Of a stretch of DNA of 39,145 nucleotides, positions 19,122 through 28,569 are shown one piece after another. The DNA is taken from positions 1 to 39,145 of the forward strand of contig JBHICV010000005.1 in the NCBI GenBank assembly GCA_046759765.1. Reading direction: 5' to 3'. A program made the translations under genes and the position numbers. Position 1 is the first letter of the stretch, and every line of letters starts with the position of its first letter. A model generated the notes under the pieces. That model was not told the DNA's origin. It did no database searches and saw only the letters and a list, made by a program, of their open reading frames with translations. The DNA is from Acidimicrobiia bacterium. GTDB taxonomy: Bacteria > Actinomycetota > Acidimicrobiia > Spongiisociales > CAZKJJ01.

Positions 19122-19728
19122 GGGCCCAGGACCCGACGTCGTATATGTCGGGGAGGTAGTCCCGCGGGAGTCGGAAGGAAGACGCTTGGTTCGGGCCGGG
19201 GCCAGGGTCCTCGTTACGACTTTCGATATCGGTTTCCTTCTGCTCGGGACTGCCCTCCTCGGCCTGGCCGTGACGGTGCTTCTCGATGGCTTCGGAGTCA
19301 TCGAGGTCGGCCTGGTCTCATCGGCCGGCGAGACTCTGGGAAGCGCACTCGTAGTGGCAGTATTGGGTGCCTTTGGTCTCGGGGTTGCCGCCGAGGGCCC
19401 TATCTATCGGGGAGTTCGGGGTGTTCGGATCTCGTTCTTCGAGCATGCGGTGCTCCGTGCGGTCAGTCTTCTGCTGGTGGGATCCGGGTTGGTGCTCCTC
19501 GGTCGATTTCTCGACCGTCTCACTTCAGATCTGCCCGCCCCGTTCGACGTCGTGACCGAGTTCGTGGCTACGGTCGGATTCGCGGGCCTCTCAGCAACGG
19601 CCCTGATCGGCGTGCTGGGCGTGTGGGCTATCCAGCGCTTGGCGCCGAACGAATTGTGGGTCGAGCTTGAGCTTCCGATCCTCTATTTCGTCTGGGCCCT
19701 GAGTGCTGCCCTCGTGTTCACGCTCTAG
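19111..19728 (+). CDS. Hypothetical multi-pass membrane protein
   Basis: About 5 hydrophobic segments; AGGAG RBS before GTG 19111; overlaps the end of glcF. Confidence 0.72.
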   Translation: MTSEGPGPDVVYVGEVVPRESEGRRLVRAGARVLVTTFDIGFLLLGTALLGLAVTVLLDGFGVIEVGLVSSAGETLGSALVVAVLGAFGLGVAAEGPIYRGVRGVRISFFEHAVLRAVSLLLVGSGLVLLGRFLDRLTSDLPAPFDVVTEFVATVGFAGLSATALIGVLGVWAIQRLAPNELWVELELPILYFVWALSAALVFTL

Positions 19729-20560
19729 AAGTTTCTTTCTCGTAGATCTGGATCGGGTTTAGTTCGAAACCCGCCCGGGCGAGAGCCTCATCGAGCCAGG
19801 GAACCGAGGGAGCCATGACCCGGATCAGCGCCGCTTCGCCACCGACCGCCAGAATGTCGGTGGCCATACCGGGTGCCTCGGAGTGGGAGGTCTGTAACCA
19901 CGGAACCCAGAACGTGTCGTCCTCCGGGTCCGAGGAGACGATCACCCAGCCGTTCGGTCCTGCCAGAAGGCTGCGGTTGGCCGCGGCCCCAGTCAGGTCG
20001 TCTATCAGCATCTTGCGCCAGCTCCAGTTGTCTTGAAACAGCTCATGGGCGGCGCGAGCCAGGTCACCGGTCGCCCAAGCTCCGAACGCGGACTCCGCTT
20101 CGGCGGCATCGGTCACTTCGAGGCGTGCCACCGCGGAGGCATCTCTTCCTTGATCGGCGGGCTTGTGAGAGAAGTTCCAGCTGCTCACCGTCCGGAACCC
20201 GAGCTTGCGCACTTGGCGACGGGCGGGCTCGTTCCAGTCCTCGACCGCCAGGCGACCGACCACCGCGCCCTGCTCGCGGGCCCAGTCCATGGACATATCG
20301 TTAAGGGTTCCGGCGAGGCCTTGCCCGCGGTAGGAGGGAGCGACCCTCGCCGAGGCCAGAAAGGCTTCCTCGGGCGAGAGGAGCTCGACCCTTACCAGGG
20401 CAACTACCGCGCCCTCGTCGGAGGCGACGAAGACTTCAGTGGCAGGGTCGGCCAACCAGTCGGTGAACCGATCCGAGACGTAGTCACCCCAGTCGAAGGT
20501 GTCCTGAGTGAAGGCGGCAATCGAGGCGTGATCCTCCGGCCGGGCCGTGCGGAATCGCAC
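19718..20560 (-). CDS. GNAT family N-acetyltransferase
   Basis: FRTARPED start, ARVAPSYRGQGLA acetyl-CoA motif, N..A...KLGF; starts 2 bp after the argS stop. Confidence 0.85.
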   Translation of the reverse strand: MRFRTARPEDHASIAAFTQDTFDWGDYVSDRFTDWLADPATEVFVASDEGAVVALVRVELLSPEEAFLASARVAPSYRGQGLAGTLNDMSMDWAREQGAVVGRLAVEDWNEPARRQVRKLGFRTVSSWNFSHKPADQGRDASAVARLEVTDAAEAESAFGAWATGDLARAAHELFQDNWSWRKMLIDDLTGAAANRSLLAGPNGWVIVSSDPEDDTFWVPWLQTSHSEAPGMATDILAVGGEAALIRVMAPSVPWLDEALARAGFELNPIQIYEKETSRA

Positions 20561-20562
20561 CG

Positions 20563-22329
20563 CTACATCCGATTCGGAACCTCGATCCCCAGCAGCTCCA
20601 AGAGCAGCTCGAGGTTCCGTAGCGTCGCAGCGACCAGCGTCAGCCAGGACCCGCGTTGGTCGAGGTCCTCTTCTCGGAGAACGTGACAGTGGTCATAAAA
20701 GCGGTTGAACTGGGTGGTGACCTCGTAGGCAAATTCGGCCACATGATTCGGTGCCCGGGCATCGATGCTTCGGGCAACCGTTTCGGGCGCCAGGAGCAAG
20801 AGCAGCACCAGCTCTCGCTCTGAGGGATGCGCAGCCGCAGTAACCGGACCGGCGTCAAAGCCGCGCTCGGATGCCTTGCGAAGAATCGAGCGCATGCGCA
20901 CCGCTCCGTATTGCAAGTAGGGGCCGGTCTTGCCCTCAAAGGACGCAAAGCGGTCGAGGTCGAAGGTGTAGTTGGAGGTGCGATGGTTGATCAGGTCGCC
21001 GAACTTCAACGCCGCTAGGCCAACTCGACGGGCGATCTCGGCCTGCTCCGCGGGCGGGTACTCACGGGCGAGCTCGGCTTCCTCGAGGCGGCCGGCTGCT
21101 GCCTCCTGGACCATCTCGATCACGTCACTCAGAAGGACGACCCCCCCTTCACGGGTCCGGAAGGGCTTGCCGTCGGGACCGTTGACAGTTCCGAACGGAA
21201 CGTGCTCGAGGACCAAGCTGGGAGGTGCAACGCCGGTCTTGCGAGCTGCTCGAAACAATTGCTCGAAGTGGAGTGCCTGCCGTGCGTCGACCACGTACAG
21301 CGCCAACTCGAAGCCCAGTTCCGCCGCCCGCATCTGGATCGTGGCCAAATCGGTGGTGCTGTAGAGATAGCCGCCGTCCGATCGCATCAGCATGAGCGGA
21401 GGGATCTCCTTCCGGTCGTCTGGCTCTGAGACGGCGACGATCAAGGCCCCGTCGCTGTGATCGGCGGCTCCGCTCTCCTCGATCTCCGAGATGAGGTCTT
21501 CGATTCGCCCCCGTACGGTGCTTTCGCCGTACCAGAGGTCGAACTTGACTCCGAGCGCCGCAAAGTCGGCCTCGTGAGACGCGCGGGACACGTCGGAGAG
21601 GTGCTGCCAGAGGGCCAGGTACCCGGGCCGGCCTTGCTGAAGATCTTTCGTTGCCGCACGCGCTCGCTCCGCTATCTCCGGGTCGCTCTCCGCACGCGCG
21701 GCCGCGGCCGGGTAGAGCATGCCCAGCTCCTCAATCGTGATCGGCGAGTCCTCGGGATAAGGCCCTTCGAAGGATCGATCGAAGTACGGGAGATCTGGAC
21801 TCCGCCTTTCGAGCTCGATGATGAGCATCCCCATCGGCGTCCCCCAGTCACCGATGTGGATGTCGCCGACCGCGGGGTGTCCGGCGAATCTGAACAAACG
21901 TAAGAGACTGTCGCCGATGATCGTGCTGCGGAGATGACCTACGTGGAGGGCCTTGGAGATGTTGGGCCCCCCGTAATCGATGAGGACCCGCTTCGGCTTG
22001 TCGACGATCGGTACGCCGAACCGCTCGTCCGCGGCCAGGGTGGCCAGCCGCTCGCGGAGGTGATCGTCGGAGACGCTCAAGTTGATGAAGCCCGGTCCGG
22101 CGACTTCGAGTTCGGCCAAGATGGCGTGATCGTCCATGAGGTCGATTACTTCCTGGGCGATATCACGGGGATCGCGGCCGGCCCGATTGCCCGCCGCCAG
22201 TGCGCCATTGCACTGAAACTGGCCGAGTTCGGGTCGCTGGGAGCGCACCACCTCACCCAGCTCAGGCTCGAAACCGAGTGCTTCGAACGCCGCCCCAAAG
22301 CGGTCTCCGAGGTCGGAGAGCAAGGACAT
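20563..22329 (-). CDS. argS: Arginine--tRNA ligase
   Basis: GQFQCN, AGPGFIN, DYGGPNISKALHVGHLRSTIIG (HIGH), GDWGTPMG, PFRTR, EGKTGPYLQY, C-terminal PNRM. Confidence 0.97.
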   Translation of the reverse strand: MSLLSDLGDRFGAAFEALGFEPELGEVVRSQRPELGQFQCNGALAAGNRAGRDPRDIAQEVIDLMDDHAILAELEVAGPGFINLSVSDDHLRERLATLAADERFGVPIVDKPKRVLIDYGGPNISKALHVGHLRSTIIGDSLLRLFRFAGHPAVGDIHIGDWGTPMGMLIIELERRSPDLPYFDRSFEGPYPEDSPITIEELGMLYPAAAARAESDPEIAERARAATKDLQQGRPGYLALWQHLSDVSRASHEADFAALGVKFDLWYGESTVRGRIEDLISEIEESGAADHSDGALIVAVSEPDDRKEIPPLMLMRSDGGYLYSTTDLATIQMRAAELGFELALYVVDARQALHFEQLFRAARKTGVAPPSLVLEHVPFGTVNGPDGKPFRTREGGVVLLSDVIEMVQEAAAGRLEEAELAREYPPAEQAEIARRVGLAALKFGDLINHRTSNYTFDLDRFASFEGKTGPYLQYGAVRMRSILRKASERGFDAGPVTAAAHPSERELVLLLLLAPETVARSIDARAPNHVAEFAYEVTTQFNRFYDHCHVLREEDLDQRGSWLTLVAATLRNLELLLELLGIEVPNRM

Positions 22330-22379
22330 GAAGTGAGGTTAGGGCTGGAGGCGCGCGCTAGGTCGCAGCCCGGCGGCCC

Positions 22380-24416
22380 CTAGTACTTGGCGAGCTCTCG
22401 GGCCTTCTCCACGATTCCCTCTGCCGAAGGGAGCACCATCGGCTCGAGTGCACTGGAGAAAGGGAAGGTGGGTACGTCTGCCGATGCGTAGCGGGTGACG
22501 GGCGCATCGAGCCACTCGAACGACTTCGAGGAAACCTGCGCGGCGACCTCGGCCCCGTACCCGACGAACTCGTTGTCTTCGTGCACGATCAGAACCTTGC
22601 CGGTCTTGCGTACGGATGCCTCGACCGTGGGCCAGTCGAGTGGCTTGAGGGATCGTAGATCGATCAGCTCGGCCGAGATGCCGTCGGCCGCTAGCTCTTC
22701 GACGGCCTGAGATCCGAGGAAAGCCATGGCGCCGTAGGCCACAATCGTCAGGTCGGTGCCGACAGAGCGGAGTGCCGCCCGACCCAGCGGGACTCGATGC
22801 TCGCCCTCCGGATACGGACCGCTCACCAGCCGATATAGGCGCTTCGGCTCCAAAAACATCACCGGGTCGGGATCCTCGACTGCCTCCCACAGCAGGCCCT
22901 TTGCGTCCGCAGGAGTCGATGGCACCACGACTTTGAGTCCCGGTACGTGAGCGTAGAAAGACTCGATCGACTGCGAGTGATAGAGACCACCGTGGATCCC
23001 GCCTCCGTAGGGGACCCGGATCACGATGGGGCAAGGCCAATCACCGGCGGATCGGTAGTGAAGGCGTGCGGCCTCGGAGACGATCTGATCGAAGGCGGGA
23101 TGTATGAAGTCGGCGAACTGGATTTCGGGAATCGGTCGCTTTCCGGTGGCGGTCATGCCGATGGCGAGCCCAACGATCAGAGACTCGGCGAGTGGCGTGT
23201 TGAAGGACCTTTCGAGTCCAAAAGCGTCTGTGAGACCCGCGGTCGCTTTGAAGACCCCTCCTTTGGGGTCGGCCACGTCCTCGCCGAACGTCAGAGTCTC
23301 GGGGTCGGCGGCCATGATCTCGGCAAGGCCGCGGTTGATCGCCGTGATCAGGTTTACGTCCTCGCCGGCGGGCTCAGGCTCCGGCTCGACGACCGGTTCA
23401 AAGGGTTGGATGGGCCGGGCGTAGACGCCGGAGAGCGGGTCTTCAGGGGCAGATGCTGCCTCAGCCGACTCCACCGAAGTCGCCAGCAGCGAGGACACCT
23501 CCTCGTCGATTTGGGACTCCGCCGCCTCGGTCAGGATCCGTCGTTCGATCAGGTACTGGCGCAGCAGCAGCAAGGGATCTCTCTTGCGCCATTGCTCCAC
23601 TTCCTCGGGGGTGCGATAGAGCTTGTCGTCATCGTCCGACGTGTGTGCGTAGTAGCGATAGGTCTGCATTTCTATGAGGGTGGGACCGCCACCGGAACGA
23701 GCTCTTTCGACCGCATTGCGCATCGCCTCGTACACCGAAAGCGCGTCGTTTCCGTCCACTGCTACACCGGGCATCCCGTAGCCGGCGCCGCGTGCTGCGA
23801 GACTCCCAGCCACTTCCTCCTGCTCTGGCACGGAGATGGCGTAGCGGTTGTTCTCGATGACACAGATCATCGGTAGCCGGTGAATACCCGCGAAGTTCAT
23901 GGCTTCGTGCCAGTCGCCCTCCGACGTTGCTCCCTCGCCGGCGTAGACAGCTACGACGCCGGGCTGCTTGTCTGCCTTCAGTGCGTATGCAATCCCGGCG
24001 GCATGAGGAAACTGCGTGCCGATGGGCGACGAGTGCGAGAACATGCGTAGGCGCCGAGAGGACCAGTGGTTCGGCATCTGTCGACCACCAGACATCGGAT
24101 CGGCCTCCTTCGAGAAGACGCCTAAGAACAGCTCTTCGGGAGTCATGCCCCAGGCCAAAACCACCCCGACATCGCGGTAGTAGGGGAGGCACCAGTCGAT
24201 CTCCGCGTCGAGAGCGGCAACTGACGCCACCTGGGCAGCCTCGTGGCCGGAGGAGGACACAACGAAAGGGGCTCTTCCTTGGCGATTAAGTGCCCACATT
24301 CGGTCATCGGCGCGCCGCGCGAGCAGCATGGTGCGATAGATGTCGACCAGGCCTTCATCCGTTAGGCCAAGGGAAGTGTGGGCGTTGTCGACCTTCGACT
24401 CGTCGAGGCTCGTCAC
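22380..24416 (-). CDS. Fused E1 alpha/beta subunit of a (branched-chain) 2-oxoacid dehydrogenase
   Basis: GRQMPNH, TPP motif GEGATSEG...NN, HTSDDD..YR; beta part GEDV...GGVF, NTPLAES, EIQFADF, GGLYHSQS, IDLRSLKPLD. Confidence 0.92.
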   Translation of the reverse strand: MTSLDESKVDNAHTSLGLTDEGLVDIYRTMLLARRADDRMWALNRQGRAPFVVSSSGHEAAQVASVAALDAEIDWCLPYYRDVGVVLAWGMTPEELFLGVFSKEADPMSGGRQMPNHWSSRRLRMFSHSSPIGTQFPHAAGIAYALKADKQPGVVAVYAGEGATSEGDWHEAMNFAGIHRLPMICVIENNRYAISVPEQEEVAGSLAARGAGYGMPGVAVDGNDALSVYEAMRNAVERARSGGGPTLIEMQTYRYYAHTSDDDDKLYRTPEEVEQWRKRDPLLLLRQYLIERRILTEAAESQIDEEVSSLLATSVESAEAASAPEDPLSGVYARPIQPFEPVVEPEPEPAGEDVNLITAINRGLAEIMAADPETLTFGEDVADPKGGVFKATAGLTDAFGLERSFNTPLAESLIVGLAIGMTATGKRPIPEIQFADFIHPAFDQIVSEAARLHYRSAGDWPCPIVIRVPYGGGIHGGLYHSQSIESFYAHVPGLKVVVPSTPADAKGLLWEAVEDPDPVMFLEPKRLYRLVSGPYPEGEHRVPLGRAALRSVGTDLTIVAYGAMAFLGSQAVEELAADGISAELIDLRSLKPLDWPTVEASVRKTGKVLIVHEDNEFVGYGAEVAAQVSSKSFEWLDAPVTRYASADVPTFPFSSALEPMVLPSAEGIVEKARELAKY

Positions 24417-25468
24417 GACTGTCTCGCTCGGACCTCTTCGATCCGCCGGTTTGCCATCTCCACCGCCGCTTCGTGCGGTTGCAGACCCTCGTCGGAGGCC
24501 GTCTCCAGAACGCGGAGCAACGTATCGCTGATCTTGTCGATTCTGGCGCCGGCGCGCTCGATGTCATAGCCGCCCAGCTCGACGGCGACGTTGATCACAC
24601 CTCCGGCGTTGACGACAAAGTCGGGCGCGTAAAGGATGCCCCGATCGGCCAGATCCTTGGCGTGTCTGTCTTCGTGCAGCTGATTGTTGGCGCTCCCAAC
24701 CACCGCCGCGCACCGAAGCTGGGGAATGGTTTGATCGTTGAGGACCGCGCCGAGCGCGCAAGGTGCGAAGATGTCGCACGGAACCGAGTAGATCTCTTCC
24801 GGTTCGACCGCCTTGGCTCCCAAATCCTCGACGGCTCGCTCGATCGCCGGTGGGTACATGTCGGTGACGACCAGCTCGGCGCCTTCTTCGCTGAGCCGGC
24901 GGGCATAGTCGAAGCCGACCTTGCCGACGCCCTGGATGGCGATCCTCCTCCCATGAAACCCCGGCGAGCCGTTTAGGTGCTGAAGCACTGCCCTGGCGGA
25001 GGCAAGCAAACCACGAGCTGTGGCCGGCGACGGATCACCAGATCCTCCAACGTTGCGGCTGCGTCCCAACGCCCATTGCGTATGGCGACCGACAACTGTC
25101 ATGTCGTGAGGTGTTGTCCCTATGTCCTCCGCGGTGATATAGCGACCGTCGAGCGATTCAACGACTTTGCCGAACTCCTCCAGGAGCGCTTCGGTTTTGT
25201 GCTCGCGGAAGTCGCCGAGAATCACGGACTTGCCTCCGCCTAGGTCGAGGCCCGTGATCGAGTTCTTCAGGGTCATGGCTTCCGACAGGCGGAGCACGTC
25301 ATACAGGGCGGCTTCCTCCGACTCGTAGGGGTAAAAGCGAACCCCGCCGAGGGCGGGGCCGAGGGTGGTGTCGTGGACTGCGACGATGGTGCGGAGGCCT
25401 GATGCTTGGTCCTGTCCAAATAGAACTAGCTCGTGGCCTGGTAGTCCGATTTTCTCGAACACCGCCAA
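24413..25468 (-). CDS. Leucine/valine dehydrogenase (Glu/Leu/Phe/Val family)
   Basis: HDTTLGPALGG, MTLKN, GGGKSVI, YITAEDIG, GSGDPS, QGVGKVG, GSANNQL, PDFVVNAGG; GGAGG RBS with TTG start. Confidence 0.93.
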   Translation of the reverse strand: MAVFEKIGLPGHELVLFGQDQASGLRTIVAVHDTTLGPALGGVRFYPYESEEAALYDVLRLSEAMTLKNSITGLDLGGGKSVILGDFREHKTEALLEEFGKVVESLDGRYITAEDIGTTPHDMTVVGRHTQWALGRSRNVGGSGDPSPATARGLLASARAVLQHLNGSPGFHGRRIAIQGVGKVGFDYARRLSEEGAELVVTDMYPPAIERAVEDLGAKAVEPEEIYSVPCDIFAPCALGAVLNDQTIPQLRCAAVVGSANNQLHEDRHAKDLADRGILYAPDFVVNAGGVINVAVELGGYDIERAGARIDKISDTLLRVLETASDEGLQPHEAAVEMANRRIEEVRARQS

Positions 25469-25557
25469 GTGCGAGCCTCCTTCTCAGTCCTAGCTCCAGT
25501 CTAACGGAGGGTCAGATTGCCACCCTTGGTGGCAGACCGACTCGGTACCATGCACGA

Positions 25558-26316
25558 GTGATCACTCGGACTGCGCATCTCCGCATGTACCTGGAGGAGA
25601 GCGAGCTCACGAAGATCCCACGTCGACATGTGGACCCACGTCTGAACGTGGCCGAGCTGGGCATTTTGGGTGAGGAGCCGGACGGTGAAGACCTGGCGGT
25701 CTCCTGGGGAGGGCGGTCTTTTGTCTGCCCTCGCAATACGAGGGTGCGCATTCTCGAGGGTGTGCTGGCCTTCTACAACGCCTACGCAGCAAGTGGTAGC
25801 TCGCTTATCGTTCCCGAGACGGTCGCGCAGAGAGCAGCCGATGAGCTCGTCCGGTTGTCGCGGGCGGGCCCCGCGGCCAAGTCTCATATCCTCACGTCGG
25901 CCTGGTTCATCCCACTCCGCTGGTTCGTGCCGTTCGATCCCGACCAGCGCGAGATGCTCGGGAGCGATGAGGTGCATGGGATCCGCTACCGGACTGATGC
26001 GATCGCCGCTCGGAGGCGGCTGCAGCGAGCGTTGAAGGCTTTACGCGATTCCGGCCTTGACGAGAATGTTGTCCAGCAGGTCGACGACCTCGCGGAGTGG
26101 GTAGCAGGATTTCCGCGGGGTTCGATGCTCGAGCTCGATTACGGAACCGTGGCCGGTTTGTTCAGCGCGCCAGAGCTAGTGCTCGACGAGACAGCATTCG
26201 ACATCTGGGAGTCGATCGCGGCTCTGGAGCGAGGTGACCTCGAGCAGGCCGGTGAGCATTATGCGGCTGCAGCCTCTCGCTGGGCGGCGGCCATAGCTGT
26301 GACCTTCTCCAACTAG
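25558..26316 (+). CDS. Conserved actinobacterial hypothetical protein divergent from the Val/Leu dehydrogenase
   Basis: AHLRMY, WFIPLRWFVPF, LELDYG..A.L motifs; TACCAT 6 nt before GTG 25558. Confidence 0.75.
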   Translation: MITRTAHLRMYLEESELTKIPRRHVDPRLNVAELGILGEEPDGEDLAVSWGGRSFVCPRNTRVRILEGVLAFYNAYAASGSSLIVPETVAQRAADELVRLSRAGPAAKSHILTSAWFIPLRWFVPFDPDQREMLGSDEVHGIRYRTDAIAARRRLQRALKALRDSGLDENVVQQVDDLAEWVAGFPRGSMLELDYGTVAGLFSAPELVLDETAFDIWESIAALERGDLEQAGEHYAAAASRWAAAIAVTFSN

Positions 26317-27740
26317 GCGGGCGCCTCTTCCTCGATCAAAGGTTCGCGAATAGTGACGCCGGCGATCAACGTTCCCAACAAGAGCAACCCCGCGCTGATG
26401 TACATCGTTCGTTCGTAGCCGGCGCTATATGCTTCTCCTTCGAGGTCCTGCAGCCCGGCGAGCCCCGCTACCAGCGGGATCAAGACAATGGCCAAAAGGC
26501 CGGCCAGCCGGGCAACGGAGTTGTTGAAGCCGGAAGCCAGTCCGACATGCTCCTGCGAGACGGCCGCCAGCACCGTGGCGGTGAGCGGAGTGACGAGCAG
26601 GCCCAACCCCACTCCAAAAAGGACGACGCCCGGAAGGATACCGGACCAGTACGGAGTGCCCTGGGAGATCCCGGCCAGCCAGATCGCTCCCCCGGCCGAG
26701 AGAGCCGGGCCGACCATCATCGGGATCCGCGGCCCGATCAGGGTGGCTAGCCGTCCGGCTGCCGGCGAGATGATCAACAACAGCAGCGTCACTGGTACAA
26801 AGGCGGCCAGGCCCGCCTCCAGAGCCGAATAGCCGAGCACGTTCAAGAGCTGGAGCGCAAAAAAGAAGGAGAAGGTCCCGTACAGGACCGCGTAGACCGC
26901 CAGCGTATAGAGGTTGGCTCCGGAGAACTGTCGGGAACTAAAGATGCGGAACGGCACCATTGGAGTGTCGGACGTCCTTTCGATTGCGCCGAAGGCGACG
27001 AGGGCGACAATCCCTACAACTGCCGCGGCGATCACGGCGGGGTCGTCCCAACCACGGACCGGCCCCTCGATAAGTGCGTAGACAATCGCACCGAGACCAA
27101 TCGTGGCCGTCAGTCCTCCGGCGATATCTGGTCGTGCCTTTGGCACGATGTGAGTCTCCGGGATAAAGCGGAGGGCAAGGAGAAGTGTGGGAGCGGCGAG
27201 TACAGGATTGATGAGAAAGACGAATCGCCACGAGAAAGCGTCGGTCAGCCAGCCCCCCAGGAAAGGACCGACAAGCGCCGTCACACCGGAGAAGCCCGAC
27301 CAGATCCCGATCGCAGTAGCCCGATCGGCGGGCACGAAGACTGCCTGGATGAGGGCCAGGCTGTTCGGCACCAGCAGGGCCGCGCCAACGCCCTGGGCAA
27401 TACGAAACAGGATGAGGCTCGTCGTCGACCATGCCAACCCACACAGAATCGAGGCCGCCGCGAACCAGATGACGCCGACCACGAAGATCTTCCGCTTGCC
27501 GTAGAGGTCCCCGAGGGAGCCTCCCACTAGCACCAGAGCTCCGAGTGTCAGCAGATAGCCGGTGATCACCCATTGGAGATCTGCCAGGTCGGCGCCCAGG
27601 TCCTGAGAAATCGCCCGCAAGGCAACGTTCACAGCGCTTCCGTCGATGAAGGCCATCCCCGACCCGAGGATCGTGACGATGAGTGCCCAGCGGCCCGCCT
27701 GCGAGCGGTAGGTGAGCAAGGTGGTCCGCTCCGGCTGCAC
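26313..27740 (-). CDS. MFS transporter, DHA2 (EmrB/QacA-like)
   Basis: FIDGSAVNVAL, GSLGDLYGKRK (motif A), RIAQGVGAALLVPNSLA, GPFLGGWL, WRFVFLIN. Confidence 0.93.
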   Translation of the reverse strand: MQPERTTLLTYRSQAGRWALIVTILGSGMAFIDGSAVNVALRAISQDLGADLADLQWVITGYLLTLGALVLVGGSLGDLYGKRKIFVVGVIWFAAASILCGLAWSTTSLILFRIAQGVGAALLVPNSLALIQAVFVPADRATAIGIWSGFSGVTALVGPFLGGWLTDAFSWRFVFLINPVLAAPTLLLALRFIPETHIVPKARPDIAGGLTATIGLGAIVYALIEGPVRGWDDPAVIAAAVVGIVALVAFGAIERTSDTPMVPFRIFSSRQFSGANLYTLAVYAVLYGTFSFFFALQLLNVLGYSALEAGLAAFVPVTLLLLIISPAAGRLATLIGPRIPMMVGPALSAGGAIWLAGISQGTPYWSGILPGVVLFGVGLGLLVTPLTATVLAAVSQEHVGLASGFNNSVARLAGLLAIVLIPLVAGLAGLQDLEGEAYSAGYERTMYISAGLLLLGTLIAGVTIREPLIEEEAPA

Positions 27741-27745
27741 GCTTC

Positions 27746-28546
27746 TCAGACCTCCCACGGGTCCAGCAGCACGGACTGGAGCGTTACTCCGATAGGACCT
27801 TGCTCATCGTAGAGATGAGACTCGGCAATGCCGGTCGTATCCGGTCCAGGCTTGGTTACGGCGTCCAGGCCCACCCACTCGCCGACGGGTTCCCGGTGGA
27901 GATAGATCGTCAGGTCCGGGTTGATGAACGTGTAGTGCTCCCAAGGCAGGATGCTCGAAGCACCGTTCGAGAAGTCCGCCCCGGCCGCCACCCGAACAAG
28001 GGGAGAGGGAGTCTCGCCGACGAGCAGCGGAACCGCCAGACGAAACCAGGCGATACTCCGACCGGGCTCGACCAGCGATCCTTCTACGAAGCGGACCTCC
28101 ATTCCAGTGTTGTGAAAAGCCGGGTACCTGCCTTGAGGCGGGTCGGGAGAGCGGCGGCCGGCCTGGGGGCTGGGCAGCATCCTGGGCTCGCCTTCCCTCC
28201 GCGTGTTCTCTTCTGCTACGGGCAGATCTACAGAACGACGCCGGAGAGCGACTCCGCTTGCGGTGGCAACGATTCGGCTATCTGTCGAGACAGTTCCCCG
28301 TAGCCAGGCGACGGACCGGCCTTCCTGCACCACTGTGGTCTGCACCGCCAGTGGGACAAGTGGAGCCGGGCGCAGGAACTCAAACGTGATCCGGGCGAAT
28401 AGCCGTTGGGGCATCGCCGTTTCCATATCTCGAGCCACCAAGGCCGCGATCGGACCTCCGTGCAGGGAGTCGGGATCCCAAGGCCCGCGGGCGAGCTCGG
28501 TGGGCACGAACCCATTCTCGGTTCTTTCGAATATGGCCTCGGGCAT
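27746..28546 (-). CDS. Double-hotdog acyl-CoA thioesterase family protein
   Basis: PTELARGPW...HGGP, ADFSNG, FINPDLTIYLHREPVGEW. Confidence 0.88.
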   Translation of the reverse strand: MPEAIFERTENGFVPTELARGPWDPDSLHGGPIAALVARDMETAMPQRLFARITFEFLRPAPLVPLAVQTTVVQEGRSVAWLRGTVSTDSRIVATASGVALRRRSVDLPVAEENTRREGEPRMLPSPQAGRRSPDPPQGRYPAFHNTGMEVRFVEGSLVEPGRSIAWFRLAVPLLVGETPSPLVRVAAGADFSNGASSILPWEHYTFINPDLTIYLHREPVGEWVGLDAVTKPGPDTTGIAESHLYDEQGPIGVTLQSVLLDPWEV

Positions 28547-28569
28547 CGAAGCGAAGAGGTTACTGAGGG

